The translations under genes and the position numbers were made by a program. The notes below the pieces were generated by a model that saw only the letters and a program-made list of their open reading frames with translations, was not told the origin of the DNA and made no database searches. From the IMG/VR virus record IMGVR_UViG_3300031787_007614, positions 300,405 to 364,404 of that record: DNA of 64,000 nt. One strand, written 5' to 3'. Positions within the stretch are counted from its first letter, which is position 1, and each line of letters opens with the position of its first letter. Shown piece after piece: positions 49,929-58,209 of this stretch.

Positions 49929-50711
49929 ATGAAAATCTCTCGCTCCTTGATCGACCCAGTGGCACTCAGTTCCGTTGGCATGTTATTTCCAATTTGGACA
50001 GTGATCTGGTTGACAATAAACTGGTCATGGACTACATTTTTTGTTGTGCTATTGACCAGTTGGTTTATGGGAATTCACATCACTATGTTTGCGCATCGCG
50101 CCTGGTGTCATCGCGCCTGGAAACCTAGTTCAGTAGTTGATTTGTATGGACTTGTTGTATTTACCTTGTGCCTAGTAGGCAACAGCATTGGATGGGTGGG
50201 AATTCATCGCGAACATCATGCACATTGTGACACTGACCGTGATCCACATTCTCCATATCATAAGAGTCGGTGGGCTATTCAATTTTTGAGCTATTTCAAT
50301 CAAGTCAAAACCAAATACATTGTGGACCTTGGTAGAGATTCTCGCCATCTTTGGTTTTATCATTGGTACTGGGCCCTCAACATAGTTTGGTTTGCATTGT
50401 TATTTGCAATTGATCCTGCCCTGGTAGGATTATGGATAGCAGTAATTGGACTCACAGTGTTCAAACTTCACACAATCAATTCATTGTGTCATCGCACACC
50501 TTGGTTCTTGCTACCTATACACAATGATGACACCAGCAGTAACAGTGTGCTGATGGTGTTATTAAACATCAACAATGGCGAAGCTTGGCACAAGAACCAT
50601 CATCAAAATGCAGCCAACTATAGATTCAGTCAACGCTGGTATGAAATTGACCCACCTGCCAGAATAATTGAACTACTGGCGCAATTCAAGCTGGCCAGTA
50701 TCAATCGCTGA
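49929..50711 (+). CDS. Membrane fatty-acid desaturase
   Basis: HRAWCH, HREHH, HKNHH; DPHSP. Confidence 0.9.
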   Translation: MKISRSLIDPVALSSVGMLFPIWTVIWLTINWSWTTFFVVLLTSWFMGIHITMFAHRAWCHRAWKPSSVVDLYGLVVFTLCLVGNSIGWVGIHREHHAHCDTDRDPHSPYHKSRWAIQFLSYFNQVKTKYIVDLGRDSRHLWFYHWYWALNIVWFALLFAIDPALVGLWIAVIGLTVFKLHTINSLCHRTPWFLLPIHNDDTSSNSVLMVLLNINNGEAWHKNHHQNAANYRFSQRWYEIDPPARIIELLAQFKLASINR

Positions 50712-51584
50712 CCCATCAAATGGGCTAACATAGCCCATGGCTCTCCACAACAGACGGTTTTCAATATTTTCAAATGCAGGACGAGCATGCATGCTCAACC
50801 ACTGGCAATTGATAATTATTTCATAGTCTTGCCAATGATGAGCGTACTGGTACTTGGGCTGAGTTAGAAATTTGTACAGATAACTGAACCATGCTTGTTG
50901 TCCAGCGTTTGGAACTGGTGTTTTGCCAATATAGAATATTGGATTTTGCATGGGTGACCAATGGATGCCCGTGGCCCCTGATTTGTTTTGAGTAACAAAT
51001 TTGTTAAATCCTGTTCTGCCTTGATAGTTAACGTCTGCAGCCATAGGCCCGTTATCTGTACTGCCTGAGTAATTGTAATAACACATGAGCTGATCCAGAC
51101 TTCTTAATAGTCCAACTGGTGTATCGGTTGCTTGCCTAAGATCGTTTAATGCTTGTATGCTGTTGGTAAATCCTGTGATGCTGCCTTCAGTATGTTCTAC
51201 CCCGTACAAACACAAAGCATCGGGACGTTCTGCGGCAGTTCTTCCTGGTTCGTTGCAGTGCCAAGGCAAATCATCTGGCATGCCAAATAATCCAGTGATT
51301 TCACCGTGGACATCTTTCTTACCAGTGACTCTGATAATTTCTTTGTTGGTTTGTTCGACAAATATTTTTTCTTTGGCTGGAAGATCGTTATTGAGATCAT
51401 CAAACACACCAGAAGTAAATTGATGATATTGATCAATGGTTAACGGTTGCGTGTTATGGATTACAACCAGCAAGTTGGTATAAGGTAGCGTTCTTAATTG
51501 ATCGCGTTCGGTGCTGTTTACATCTAGCACGTTTAGTTGATCTACATGCACTACCCAGCCGTTTGGATCTAAAGTTAATTTCAT
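50673..51584 (-). CDS. TauD/TfdA-family dioxygenase
   Basis: GWVVHV, WHCN, T.F.N...A, Y.HHWQDY.....NQW.SMHAR. Confidence 0.75.
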   Translation of the reverse strand: MKLTLDPNGWVVHVDQLNVLDVNSTERDQLRTLPYTNLLVVIHNTQPLTIDQYHQFTSGVFDDLNNDLPAKEKIFVEQTNKEIIRVTGKKDVHGEITGLFGMPDDLPWHCNEPGRTAAERPDALCLYGVEHTEGSITGFTNSIQALNDLRQATDTPVGLLRSLDQLMCYYNYSGSTDNGPMAADVNYQGRTGFNKFVTQNKSGATGIHWSPMQNPIFYIGKTPVPNAGQQAWFSYLYKFLTQPKYQYAHHWQDYEIIINCQWLSMHARPAFENIENRLLWRAMGYVSPFDGSAIDTGQLELRQ

Positions 51585-51599
51585 AATTGTAATAAAATT

Positions 51600-51703
51600 A
51601 CCGGTTACGACTCCGGTGCTGAACTATGGTGTCAGCCGTTCTGATCTGTACCCTATCACTTCACCATACTTTCACAAGCAGAGGGCTAGGCAGAAAGCCG
51701 CCT
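51600..51703 (-). ncRNA. Candidate structured RNA with pseudoknot
   Basis: Four hairpins/stems plus 7-nt loop complementarity UAUGGUG/CACCAUA. Confidence 0.45.
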
Positions 51704-52324
51704 TTAATCTACATGATGCTCAGTTTTGAAATTGCCGTTTTGCAAGCCAATCCGTCCACCTTCTGCTTCAATGCGTTTGTACACATCTTCCAACAAGATA
51801 GGCGCAAAATCAGTCTGCTCCACACATACGCAATGATACCGCACATCCAGTTCTGTGCCATACAAGATCTCTCCTGTACGGGCATCAACACCACGAGCTT
51901 TCTTAACTCGAGTGGCGTGCAAGTGTCCGTGGATGTTTACACCAAAGCGACCCAAGCTAGATTCATGCACAGGAATGTGACTCAAGATCATTCCGTTCAA
52001 CACATGATATGCTCGCAATTCACGAAAGTACCTGCGGTACTCATCATCACGGAAGATATCATGGTTGCCGCGGATCAATACCTTGTCGCCGTTCAAGCGA
52101 TGTAACGTAGGCAATGCCTTGCGGTTAATAACCACGTCACCCAAATGGTAGACCTTGTCTGATGGACGAACACGGTCGTTCCAACGGCGGATCATTTCCT
52201 CATCCATCTCTGCAGGATCATCCCACGGACGCAATTTCACAGTGTCATCATCTGGGTGTGTAAACTTGCACACGCCAACATGACCAAAATGCGTGTCGCT
52301 TACCAAAAATGTTGCTGGCATCAT
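51704..52324 (-). CDS. Calcineurin-like metallophosphoesterase
   Basis: DTHFGH, LGDV, GNHD, SHIP, HGHLH; AGGAGG SD. Confidence 0.9.
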   Translation of the reverse strand: MMPATFLVSDTHFGHVGVCKFTHPDDDTVKLRPWDDPAEMDEEMIRRWNDRVRPSDKVYHLGDVVINRKALPTLHRLNGDKVLIRGNHDIFRDDEYRRYFRELRAYHVLNGMILSHIPVHESSLGRFGVNIHGHLHATRVKKARGVDARTGEILYGTELDVRYHCVCVEQTDFAPILLEDVYKRIEAEGGRIGLQNGNFKTEHHVD

Positions 52325-52335
52325 GTGCCTCCTTT

Positions 52336-52569
52336 TTATTCTACTACTTTACAATAACGGCACTGAAATGCAAATGCTAATTTTTGATGAGTTTTTCTCT
52401 CACCATTGTCTTGCCATTCGTATTCAATCCAGTCACCGTCTACTGTGACAATTTTGACTTCGCGGTTACTGCCGTCGGCAGGTGCCCAGCGTTGACCGCT
52501 TGCAAGCTCGTCGGCCGGGAAGAAGTGGCCACAAACAAGGTTGCGACCGTTTACAGTTTCAATTCTCAT
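52336..52569 (-). CDS. Hypothetical protein
   Basis: AAGGAG SD; downstream of promoter 52596-52624. Confidence 0.65.
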   Translation of the reverse strand: MRIETVNGRNLVCGHFFPADELASGQRWAPADGSNREVKIVTVDGDWIEYEWQDNGERKTHQKLAFAFQCRYCKVVE

Positions 52570-52595
52570 TTTGCACTCCTTTCTGTTAATGTGTA

Positions 52596-52624
52596 ATTAT
52601 AGCAGATCAGGAATTTTTGGTCAA
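52596..52624 (-). promoter_or_regulatory. sigma70 promoter TTGACC-17-TATAAT
   Basis: Read directly. Confidence 0.85.
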
Positions 52625-53494
52625 TCACACTAAAGTATTAGAAATGTTGCAGTGATCAAAGTTAAGAGCAATGCGATGCACCACTCGATTCTGAATGTTT
52701 TCACAGCGCCATCTTTTGTGAATACTTAACCATTGTTCACTTAACACAATGTCACCGTCTTGCCAATCGTGGTGATATGTGTATTTTTCTTGCTCCACAT
52801 GTTGTCGTAATTTTTGAATTAGGGCATCGCTTTTGTCTTTGTCAAAACCCAGTATCTGATGAATTTGTAAAAACGAAAAAAACATGCCTGTGACACCAGC
52901 CTGGTTGGTGTGTAACAAACTTGGATACCAATTGTGGTTGATGGCATTTGAATCTCGACTGGTGATTGTGTAAGTGTCTTCAGAGATCACCCTAGCATCA
53001 AACCCCATGACCAGTTTTAAATCTTTGATTTGTTCTTTGAGTTCTTGGTCAAGATCTTGATAACTCAAAATGTTGTTGATCCAACTGGTTCGGCTGCCAA
53101 CAGAATCTTTTACTGAATACAACCAAATCAACGGATCTCGGTCTTCACTACCGGTTCTATTGCAGTGCCAATCTAGATCACTCACATGTTCAAACACACC
53201 TGGTTGTCCATGATGGTGACCACCGCCACCTACTCTGACAATTTTACCACGCCCGCCTTGTACTAATTTTGTGCCCGGTGTTGGCGTATTAGCCGGCGCC
53301 ACTTGCTCACATGCACCAATTTTTTCACAGATGTCAACTTCGTCTCCGGGCAAAAGGTGTTGATCGCGTATCACAACCACGGTGTCTTTGGCAGCAAGCC
53401 AAGCAATGGTATTCATCTCTTGCTGTGAAGCAGAACGTAAATCAATATCAGTAATGATTGAAGTCCAACCATTTTCGTGTAGTTGTATTTTCAT
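52625..53494 (-). CDS. TauD/TfdA-family dioxygenase
   Basis: VVIRDQHL, WHCN, Y.HDWQDGDIVL.EQW.SIHKR, RVVHRI. Confidence 0.8.
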   Translation of the reverse strand: MKIQLHENGWTSIITDIDLRSASQQEMNTIAWLAAKDTVVVIRDQHLLPGDEVDICEKIGACEQVAPANTPTPGTKLVQGGRGKIVRVGGGGHHHGQPGVFEHVSDLDWHCNRTGSEDRDPLIWLYSVKDSVGSRTSWINNILSYQDLDQELKEQIKDLKLVMGFDARVISEDTYTITSRDSNAINHNWYPSLLHTNQAGVTGMFFSFLQIHQILGFDKDKSDALIQKLRQHVEQEKYTYHHDWQDGDIVLSEQWLSIHKRWRCENIQNRVVHRIALNFDHCNISNTLV

Positions 53495-53916
53495 GTGTCT
53501 AATTGCACTTCTTGCCAGGTCGAGTCGCCGAGCATTTTAACTGCCATCACGTAGGTGTGCTGTTCTCCAGGGCCAGCGCACCAGTGATGCGGATGATTCA
53601 TACTCAACCAATGCTCGTTTTTTATTGAGTTAAAATACACATAGTAAGTTTTACCATGTCGAGGTTGTAAGCCGTACTTGACGCCGTGCATGATCTCACT
53701 AACATGCAGGCGTTGTTGAAGTGCGTCGGCCTGTTGTTTTAACACTTCAACTTGTTGCATGATCCTGTCATATTCTTGTTGAGCATGCATTCGCCCTACA
53801 TTGAGTATGACATCTTTTTCTCGTTCAACAGGAACAGGGGCAAACGCAGGACTGCCCAACTCCATTGGGTAAGGCAGACTGTTTCTTCTATCTCCGTCTT
53901 CTTTAGATAGATCCAT
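53491..53916 (-). CDS. Hypothetical protein (DUF2452-like)
   Basis: LPYP..LGSPAF, coiled coil, P.HGKTYYVY. Confidence 0.5.
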   Translation of the reverse strand: MDLSKEDGDRRNSLPYPMELGSPAFAPVPVEREKDVILNVGRMHAQQEYDRIMQQVEVLKQQADALQQRLHVSEIMHGVKYGLQPRHGKTYYVYFNSIKNEHWLSMNHPHHWCAGPGEQHTYVMAVKMLGDSTWQEVQLDT

Positions 53917-54172
53917 TGGTTCTACGTCTACGTCGGGGTTCTAAATCTTGTTCGCGATAGAGATAGTCTCTTGTGATTTTGCCTTGTTCAATTTCTTCAA
54001 GTACTGCCACTGAGTTGCTGTTTTTACTTGCAACTTTTCGCATGTCGCCGCGATTGAGTTCGCGCAATCGTCGAGAAGCCACTAGCACCAAGTCATAGCG
54101 ATTGCCAATTGCGGCTACTGCGGCTTCGCTGGTCAACCCGGCTGTTCTGTCGTTACTGTGAATAATTTTCAT
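53903..54172 (-). CDS. rpoZ: RNA polymerase omega-subunit-like protein
   Basis: SEAAVAAIGNRYDLVLVASRRLREL...AVLEEIEQGKI matches the omega pattern NR(F/Y)xLVxxAxxRAxQL...ALxEIxxG. Confidence 0.75.
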   Translation of the reverse strand: MKIIHSNDRTAGLTSEAAVAAIGNRYDLVLVASRRLRELNRGDMRKVASKNSNSVAVLEEIEQGKITRDYLYREQDLEPRRRRRTNGSI

Positions 54173-54458
54173 TGTTGTTTCCGTTTGAGTGATGGTGGTT
54201 GAGGGAATCTAAATCTTGAAATAGTTTTTTCTCTTGGGCTGTAAGTTTGTCTTTATGTGTCTTACGTGGATTGCCACACAAGTAACATGCAGGATTGCCG
54301 CAGTCCATGGCATGATGTTTGGCCAGGCGATGTGTTTGCCTAATGCTTCGTAAGTTGTAGGTGCTATGACTTTTGGCAATTTTGACTTGTCTAGCAATTG
54401 CAACATCTGTTTTATGACGGCGAGCTGAGTTTTTGAATTTAGCAAAGTCGTTAGCCAT
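54153..54458 (-). CDS. Hypothetical basic protein with CxxxxCxxC motif
   Basis: CGNPACYLCGNPR. Confidence 0.6.
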   Translation of the reverse strand: MANDFAKFKNSARRHKTDVAIARQVKIAKSHSTYNLRSIRQTHRLAKHHAMDCGNPACYLCGNPRKTHKDKLTAQEKKLFQDLDSLNHHHSNGNNNENYSQ

Positions 54459-54631
54459 CAGCCACCTCTTCCGCTGGCTTTTCTAACAGGTGCTCCTTTG
54501 ATCATTGGTGCGCCGTAGTTTTGTTTGGTCTTGGTAGTTTTGGTTTTTACTGTGGGTCGAGCAGCCTCATGCTTTTTGGCAAGAGCCTCTCGCACAGCGT
54601 CAGTGAGTTTGGAAGATTTTGGATCGTTCAT
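54458..54631 (-). CDS. 57-aa basic hypothetical protein
   Basis: Start MNDPKS, 5 nt after TAAATA. Confidence 0.55.
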   Translation of the reverse strand: MNDPKSSKLTDAVREALAKKHEAARPTVKTKTTKTKQNYGAPMIKGAPVRKASGRGG

Positions 54632-54655
54632 ATAACTATTTAACAATGTAGAACC

Positions 54656-54684
54656 AGTATAACACAGTTCTACATTGTTGTCAA
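54656..54684 (-). promoter_or_regulatory. sigma70 promoter TTGACA-17-TATACT
   Basis: Read directly. Confidence 0.8.
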
Positions 54685-54685
54685 G

Positions 54686-54814
54686 TTACATTGCCTGGAA
54701 TTCTTCCTTACCGCAACCACACTCTGGACAGTTATAGTATTTTGGCAAATCGTCAAATTTACCATCTGTCTCTTCATTGTGGACATGGCCACATACAGTG
54801 CATACGTATTCCAT
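54686..54814 (-). CDS. Rubredoxin (42 aa)
   Basis: MEYVCTVCGHVHNE...FDDLP..YNCPECG.GKEEF; GGAG SD. Confidence 0.9.
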   Translation of the reverse strand: MEYVCTVCGHVHNEETDGKFDDLPKYYNCPECGCGKEEFQAM

Positions 54815-54824
54815 TTCCGTCTCC

Positions 54825-55262
54825 TTATTGTGCTTCTTTGTGAGCAGCCAGGGCTTTGGTGAAACGATTGGCATGTGAGCGTTCGGCTTTGGCCAGTGTT
54901 TCAAACCAGTCAGCAATCTCGTCTAAGCCTTCGTCTCTGGCAGTTTTGGCCATGCCAGGATACATGTCAGTGTATTCATGTGTTTCGCCATGAATAGCAC
55001 TTTCCAGAGCCTGCTCAACAGATTTGGCACTCATGCCAGTGGCGGGATCTCCAGCACCACCTTCGATCAAGTATTCCATATGACCGTGTGCATGTCCAGT
55101 TTCGCCTTCGGCAGTTGAACGGAACAAGGCAGCAACGTCATTGTCGCCTGCTACGTCGGCCATGTTTGCGAAATACAAGTATCGACGATTGGCTTGCGAT
55201 TCTCCGGCAAATGCCGCCTTCAAGTTTTCTTCGGTACGGGTACCTTTTACAGATTGTGTCAT
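54825..55262 (-). CDS. Rubrerythrin (four-helix diiron domain)
   Basis: [35 protein letters not shown]; GGAGG SD. Confidence 0.92.
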   Translation of the reverse strand: MTQSVKGTRTEENLKAAFAGESQANRRYLYFANMADVAGDNDVAALFRSTAEGETGHAHGHMEYLIEGGAGDPATGMSAKSVEQALESAIHGETHEYTDMYPGMAKTARDEGLDEIADWFETLAKAERSHANRFTKALAAHKEAQ

Positions 55263-55364
55263 GTTTCCTCCTATAGTGACATCACTAGTATATAGTATAG
55301 AACATACCTAAGTCAAGGCATTTTGCTATTGTATTTTTCTATGACGGAGTTTGAGGTTTTTTAT

Positions 55365-55439
55365 TGGCCGGCCCTGAGAGGATCGAACTCCCACCGCTTG
55401 TTTCGAAGACAAGCATGATATCCATTTCACCAAGGGCCG
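55365..55439 (-). tRNA. tRNA-Arg(UCG)
   Basis: Cloverleaf; CTTGT-CT TCG AA-ACAAG; CCA end. Confidence 0.9.
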
Positions 55440-55444
55440 AGAAT

Positions 55445-55518
55445 TGGTGCTCCCAACTGGTAACGATCCAGTGTTTCTACATTACCAATGTAGTGTAATG
55501 CCTTTATACTATGAGAGC
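55445..55518 (-). tRNA. tRNA-Thr(GGU), non-canonical T-loop AUCGUUA
   Basis: CTACA-TT GGT AA-TGTAG; CCA end. Confidence 0.85.
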
Positions 55519-55522
55519 TAAG

Positions 55523-55596
55523 TGGAGCAGGATACCAGAATCGAACTGGTGACTGGACCTTGGCAAGGTTCTATTTTACCCCTAAACTAATCCTGC
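55523..55596 (-). tRNA. tRNA-Gly(GCC)
   Basis: GAACC-TT GCC AA-GGTCC; U73, CCA. Confidence 0.9.
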
Positions 55597-55609
55597 ATTC
55601 CGTTACTTA

Positions 55610-56086
55610 TTAGGCAGCTCGTAAACTCTTAAATCTATCTGCCGCGTATGATGCTGCAAATGCTTCTGGCTTCACAAACGGAATCACATTGCATGTTCCT
55701 TTGATGTAGCCCACAGCTTGCGAGATCACACAACTTGAACCGTATTGTTCGTCTGGGTTGATGTCCAAGTGAACTTCAACTTGACGGCCTTCTAGTACGT
55801 CAGCCAGTTTCAAATACAGTTCTGAAACCTTGTACACTTCGGTCATCAAACGCATGGCAGGTTTGCCTGGTTTCACGTCCCACACACGCTCGCGTTGAAC
55901 TTCGCCAAACAGTTTGCAGCCGTTGTTGCCGTTGATGTGTACCACAATGGCCAACACATAGTCGGCATACCAGGTACCGTCAATTTTGATTCGTTCAGAG
56001 TCGCAGCCAAGGTAGATGCGAGTTTCGGGCGTTTGTTTCTGGATAAATTCTGCTACTGATGCTATATCGAGCTTTTTCATTTTCAA
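55610..56086 (-). CDS. RNase H-like YkuK/DUF458 family protein
   Basis: IYLGCDS, RL..EV..., EVHLDIN, KPEAFAASYAAD. Confidence 0.8.
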   Translation of the reverse strand: MKMKKLDIASVAEFIQKQTPETRIYLGCDSERIKIDGTWYADYVLAIVVHINGNNGCKLFGEVQRERVWDVKPGKPAMRLMTEVYKVSELYLKLADVLEGRQVEVHLDINPDEQYGSSCVISQAVGYIKGTCNVIPFVKPEAFAASYAADRFKSLRAA

Positions 56087-56109
56087 CTTTCAAAAATATT
56101 TATTGATAG

Positions 56110-56186
56110 TGGTACCCCAGGAGGGATTCGAACCCTCAGAATTCTCCTTTTGAGAGAGACACGTATTCCAGTTCCGTCACCGGGGC
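56110..56186 (-). tRNA. tRNA-Leu(CAA), short variable loop
   Basis: TCTCT-CT CAA AA-GGAGA; 5-nt V region; A73, CCA. Confidence 0.88.
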
Positions 56187-56192
56187 ATTTGC

Positions 56193-56227
56193 AAAAAAAA
56201 AAACAGTAGGACTGGCCTACTGTTTTT
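56193..56227. terminator. Bidirectional intrinsic terminator
   Basis: A11-CAGTAGG-actgg-CCTACTG-T5. Confidence 0.8.
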
Positions 56228-56257
56228 ATAACTTGTGTCAGACAATCTGATCATGCG

Positions 56258-56557
56258 TTATTCTGTATAATCTTCTACAGTAAATGACACAGGAACAACA
56301 CTAAAAGTTGAAAGTTGTGCAGTCATCCATTCAACAAAGTCTTCTGCATTTTTTTTGTTTTCCCATTTTCGAGTTACAGTTAAATGGGTGGGACCTAGTT
56401 CTGACGGGTCGAGACCTGCGGTACCAACCACAGTAAAGTCATCATGCCCACCGTCTCCAACAATTTGTAAATAATTACTCCAAGGGATAATAGTTCTTGC
56501 TGTTTCTCGATCTTCTACAGACGCATACACCAACACAGTTTTAGCAACTATAGCCAT
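56258..56557 (-). CDS. Hypothetical protein (start MAIVAK)
   Basis: AAGGAG SD and upstream TAAATA. Confidence 0.65.
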   Translation of the reverse strand: MAIVAKTVLVYASVEDRETARTIIPWSNYLQIVGDGGHDDFTVVGTAGLDPSELGPTHLTVTRKWENKKNAEDFVEWMTAQLSTFSVVPVSFTVEDYTE

Positions 56558-56576
56558 AATAATCTCCTTTTTGTAT

Positions 56577-57350
56577 TTATTGCTTTGCGGCAATCACGCT
56601 TAAATGCCAACCTAGCTGTTGATTGACAGCCTGGCGTTGTGCATCGCTCATGGCAGCAAACCATGGTTCCAACACATAATTTCCTTGTTTGTACTGCTCT
56701 ACATTGTACATAAAACAGTAATCTTGCTTGATGCTTTTGATATCAAAGTGTACGTCCAGCAGTTTTTGTATTTCTCCTTGACTGTAAACTCTGGCATATG
56801 GGCAGTTGTCTTGCGCTTCAAACTGGTCCAGCCCAGACTGAATCATTGCCCATTTCCAACTGTTGCGAGCATACACTAGGAAACGAAACTCCCCATCAGA
56901 TGCTAGACTTGCGTAAGCATTGCTGACCACTTGTTCTACATTGGGATAGTGATGCAATACACCACAAGCATACACCATATCAAATTGTCCTAGCCCTGCA
57001 ACACGCTGACTGTCGCCTGCGTCCATGTGATAGAATTCAGCATCTAATCCCATAACAGTAAATCTCTGCTCACAAAGTTCTATGCTACGACTGCTAAGAT
57101 CAATCCCAACGTATTCAGCACCATGCCGTACAAATTGTTCAGCATCAGATCCAATGCCGCATCCTAGTTCTAGCACCCGCCGTCCCTTGCAGTTTTCAAA
57201 GTCGGCCAACTGCCACAAATGCGGCCCAACAAACCATCTACGACGATTGATGTTGTTCCAAAATTCTTCTGTGCCTTCTGGTGCCAACCCATGCTTTATA
57301 TTACAAGGTTGTTGATCCCAGTACTGTTCTATTTGAGTAATTGTAGCCAT
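56577..57350 (-). CDS. Class I SAM-dependent methyltransferase
   Basis: VLELGCGIGSD, GIDLS, FDMVYACGVLHH. Confidence 0.9.
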   Translation of the reverse strand: MATITQIEQYWDQQPCNIKHGLAPEGTEEFWNNINRRRWFVGPHLWQLADFENCKGRRVLELGCGIGSDAEQFVRHGAEYVGIDLSSRSIELCEQRFTVMGLDAEFYHMDAGDSQRVAGLGQFDMVYACGVLHHYPNVEQVVSNAYASLASDGEFRFLVYARNSWKWAMIQSGLDQFEAQDNCPYARVYSQGEIQKLLDVHFDIKSIKQDYCFMYNVEQYKQGNYVLEPWFAAMSDAQRQAVNQQLGWHLSVIAAKQ

Positions 57351-57388
57351 ACAGTGTATTTAAAAGTCTGTGCAAGCTACATTAAATT

Positions 57389-57465
57389 TGGTGCCCCAGA
57401 GGAGACTCGAACTCCTAAAATTTGGCTTCTAAGACCAACACGTATACCAATTCCGTCACCGGGGC
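57389..57465 (-). tRNA. tRNA-Leu(UAG), short variable loop
   Basis: TTGGT-CT TAG AA-GCCAA; 5-nt V region; CCA. Confidence 0.88.
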
Positions 57466-57476
57466 TTAAATACATC

Positions 57477-57680
57477 ATGCAAACCAAACAAGACTCCATC
57501 AAAAAAATAGAGCGTTTGCTTGCAATGGAAACATTGGGCAAAACGTTTGTGACCAAACAACAACAGTTGGCCTACGAGCGCGGATATCTAACAGGCTTGC
57601 TGGCTGCTATGGCCTACAACGACAATTCAGTCGAGCATGTGGTGAATCAACGCATCAAACATCTTACACCTAAAATCTAA
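57477..57680 (+). CDS. 67-aa hypothetical protein on the strand opposite the tRNAs
   Basis: MQTKQDSIKK...; TAAATA 4 nt upstream; fills a tRNA spacer. Confidence 0.6.
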   Translation: MQTKQDSIKKIERLLAMETLGKTFVTKQQQLAYERGYLTGLLAAMAYNDNSVEHVVNQRIKHLTPKI

Positions 57681-57681
57681 C

Positions 57682-57757
<76 letters not shown>

Positions 57758-57762
57758 ATGAA

Positions 57763-57837
57763 TGGTGGGTGATGAGAGGATCGAACTCCCGACAAACTGC
57801 GTGTAAGGCAGCGACTCTACCGCTGAGCTAATCACCC
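57763..57837 (-). tRNA. tRNA-Val(UAC)
   Basis: Canonical cloverleaf, CCA. Confidence 0.95.
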
Positions 57838-57842
57838 GTATA

Positions 57843-57933
57843 TGGTGGAAGTGGTGAGATTCGAACTCACGGACCCCTTTCGGAGCCGGCAGTTTTCAAG
57901 ACTGCTGCAATCAACCAACTCTGCCACACTTCC
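57843..57933 (-). tRNA. tRNA-Ser(UGA)
   Basis: Long V arm; GCAGT-CT TGA AA-ACTGC; CCA. Confidence 0.95.
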
Positions 57934-57949
57934 TAAAAAATTAAAAAAG

Positions 57950-58100
57950 ATACTGCTTTGCGTTTAAAGGTACTGAACATCCTTTCGGGTAGCTCACATC
58001 CTTCCTGGCACATGGTTCGACTGTGACTAGCAGTCTGGAACTTAATCCCAGCGGCACCTGGATAACGTTAAGGTCCCTAGCAGTTGGGCCCATAGTCAAT
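57950..58100 (-). ncRNA. Candidate structured spacer RNA
   Basis: Possible closing helix ACUGCU/AGCAGU, CC-GAAA-GG hairpin, CTAGCAGT repeated twice; no ORF called. Confidence 0.3.
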
Positions 58101-58127
58101 GAGTTTTTCACACATCTTTTCTAAACT

Positions 58128-58203
58128 TGGAGTAGGTGACAGGACTCGAACCTGCATTATACGGATTTGCAATCCGGCGCCTAGCCATTCGGCACACACC
58201 TAC
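58128..58203 (-). tRNA. tRNA-Cys(GCA)
   Basis: U73, CCA; TT GCA AA loop. Confidence 0.92.
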
Positions 58204-58209
58204 ATCTAT

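Noticed and set aside
289-54445. Numerous short ORFs in the track antisense to or nested in long genes
   Set aside because: They overlap well-supported CDSs, lack motifs and RBSs, and are expected shadow ORFs.
55287-55316. sigma70 promoter TTGACT...TATACT before rubrerythrin
   Set aside because: Requires an 18-nt spacer and alternative -10 placements are ambiguous; not listed as a feature.
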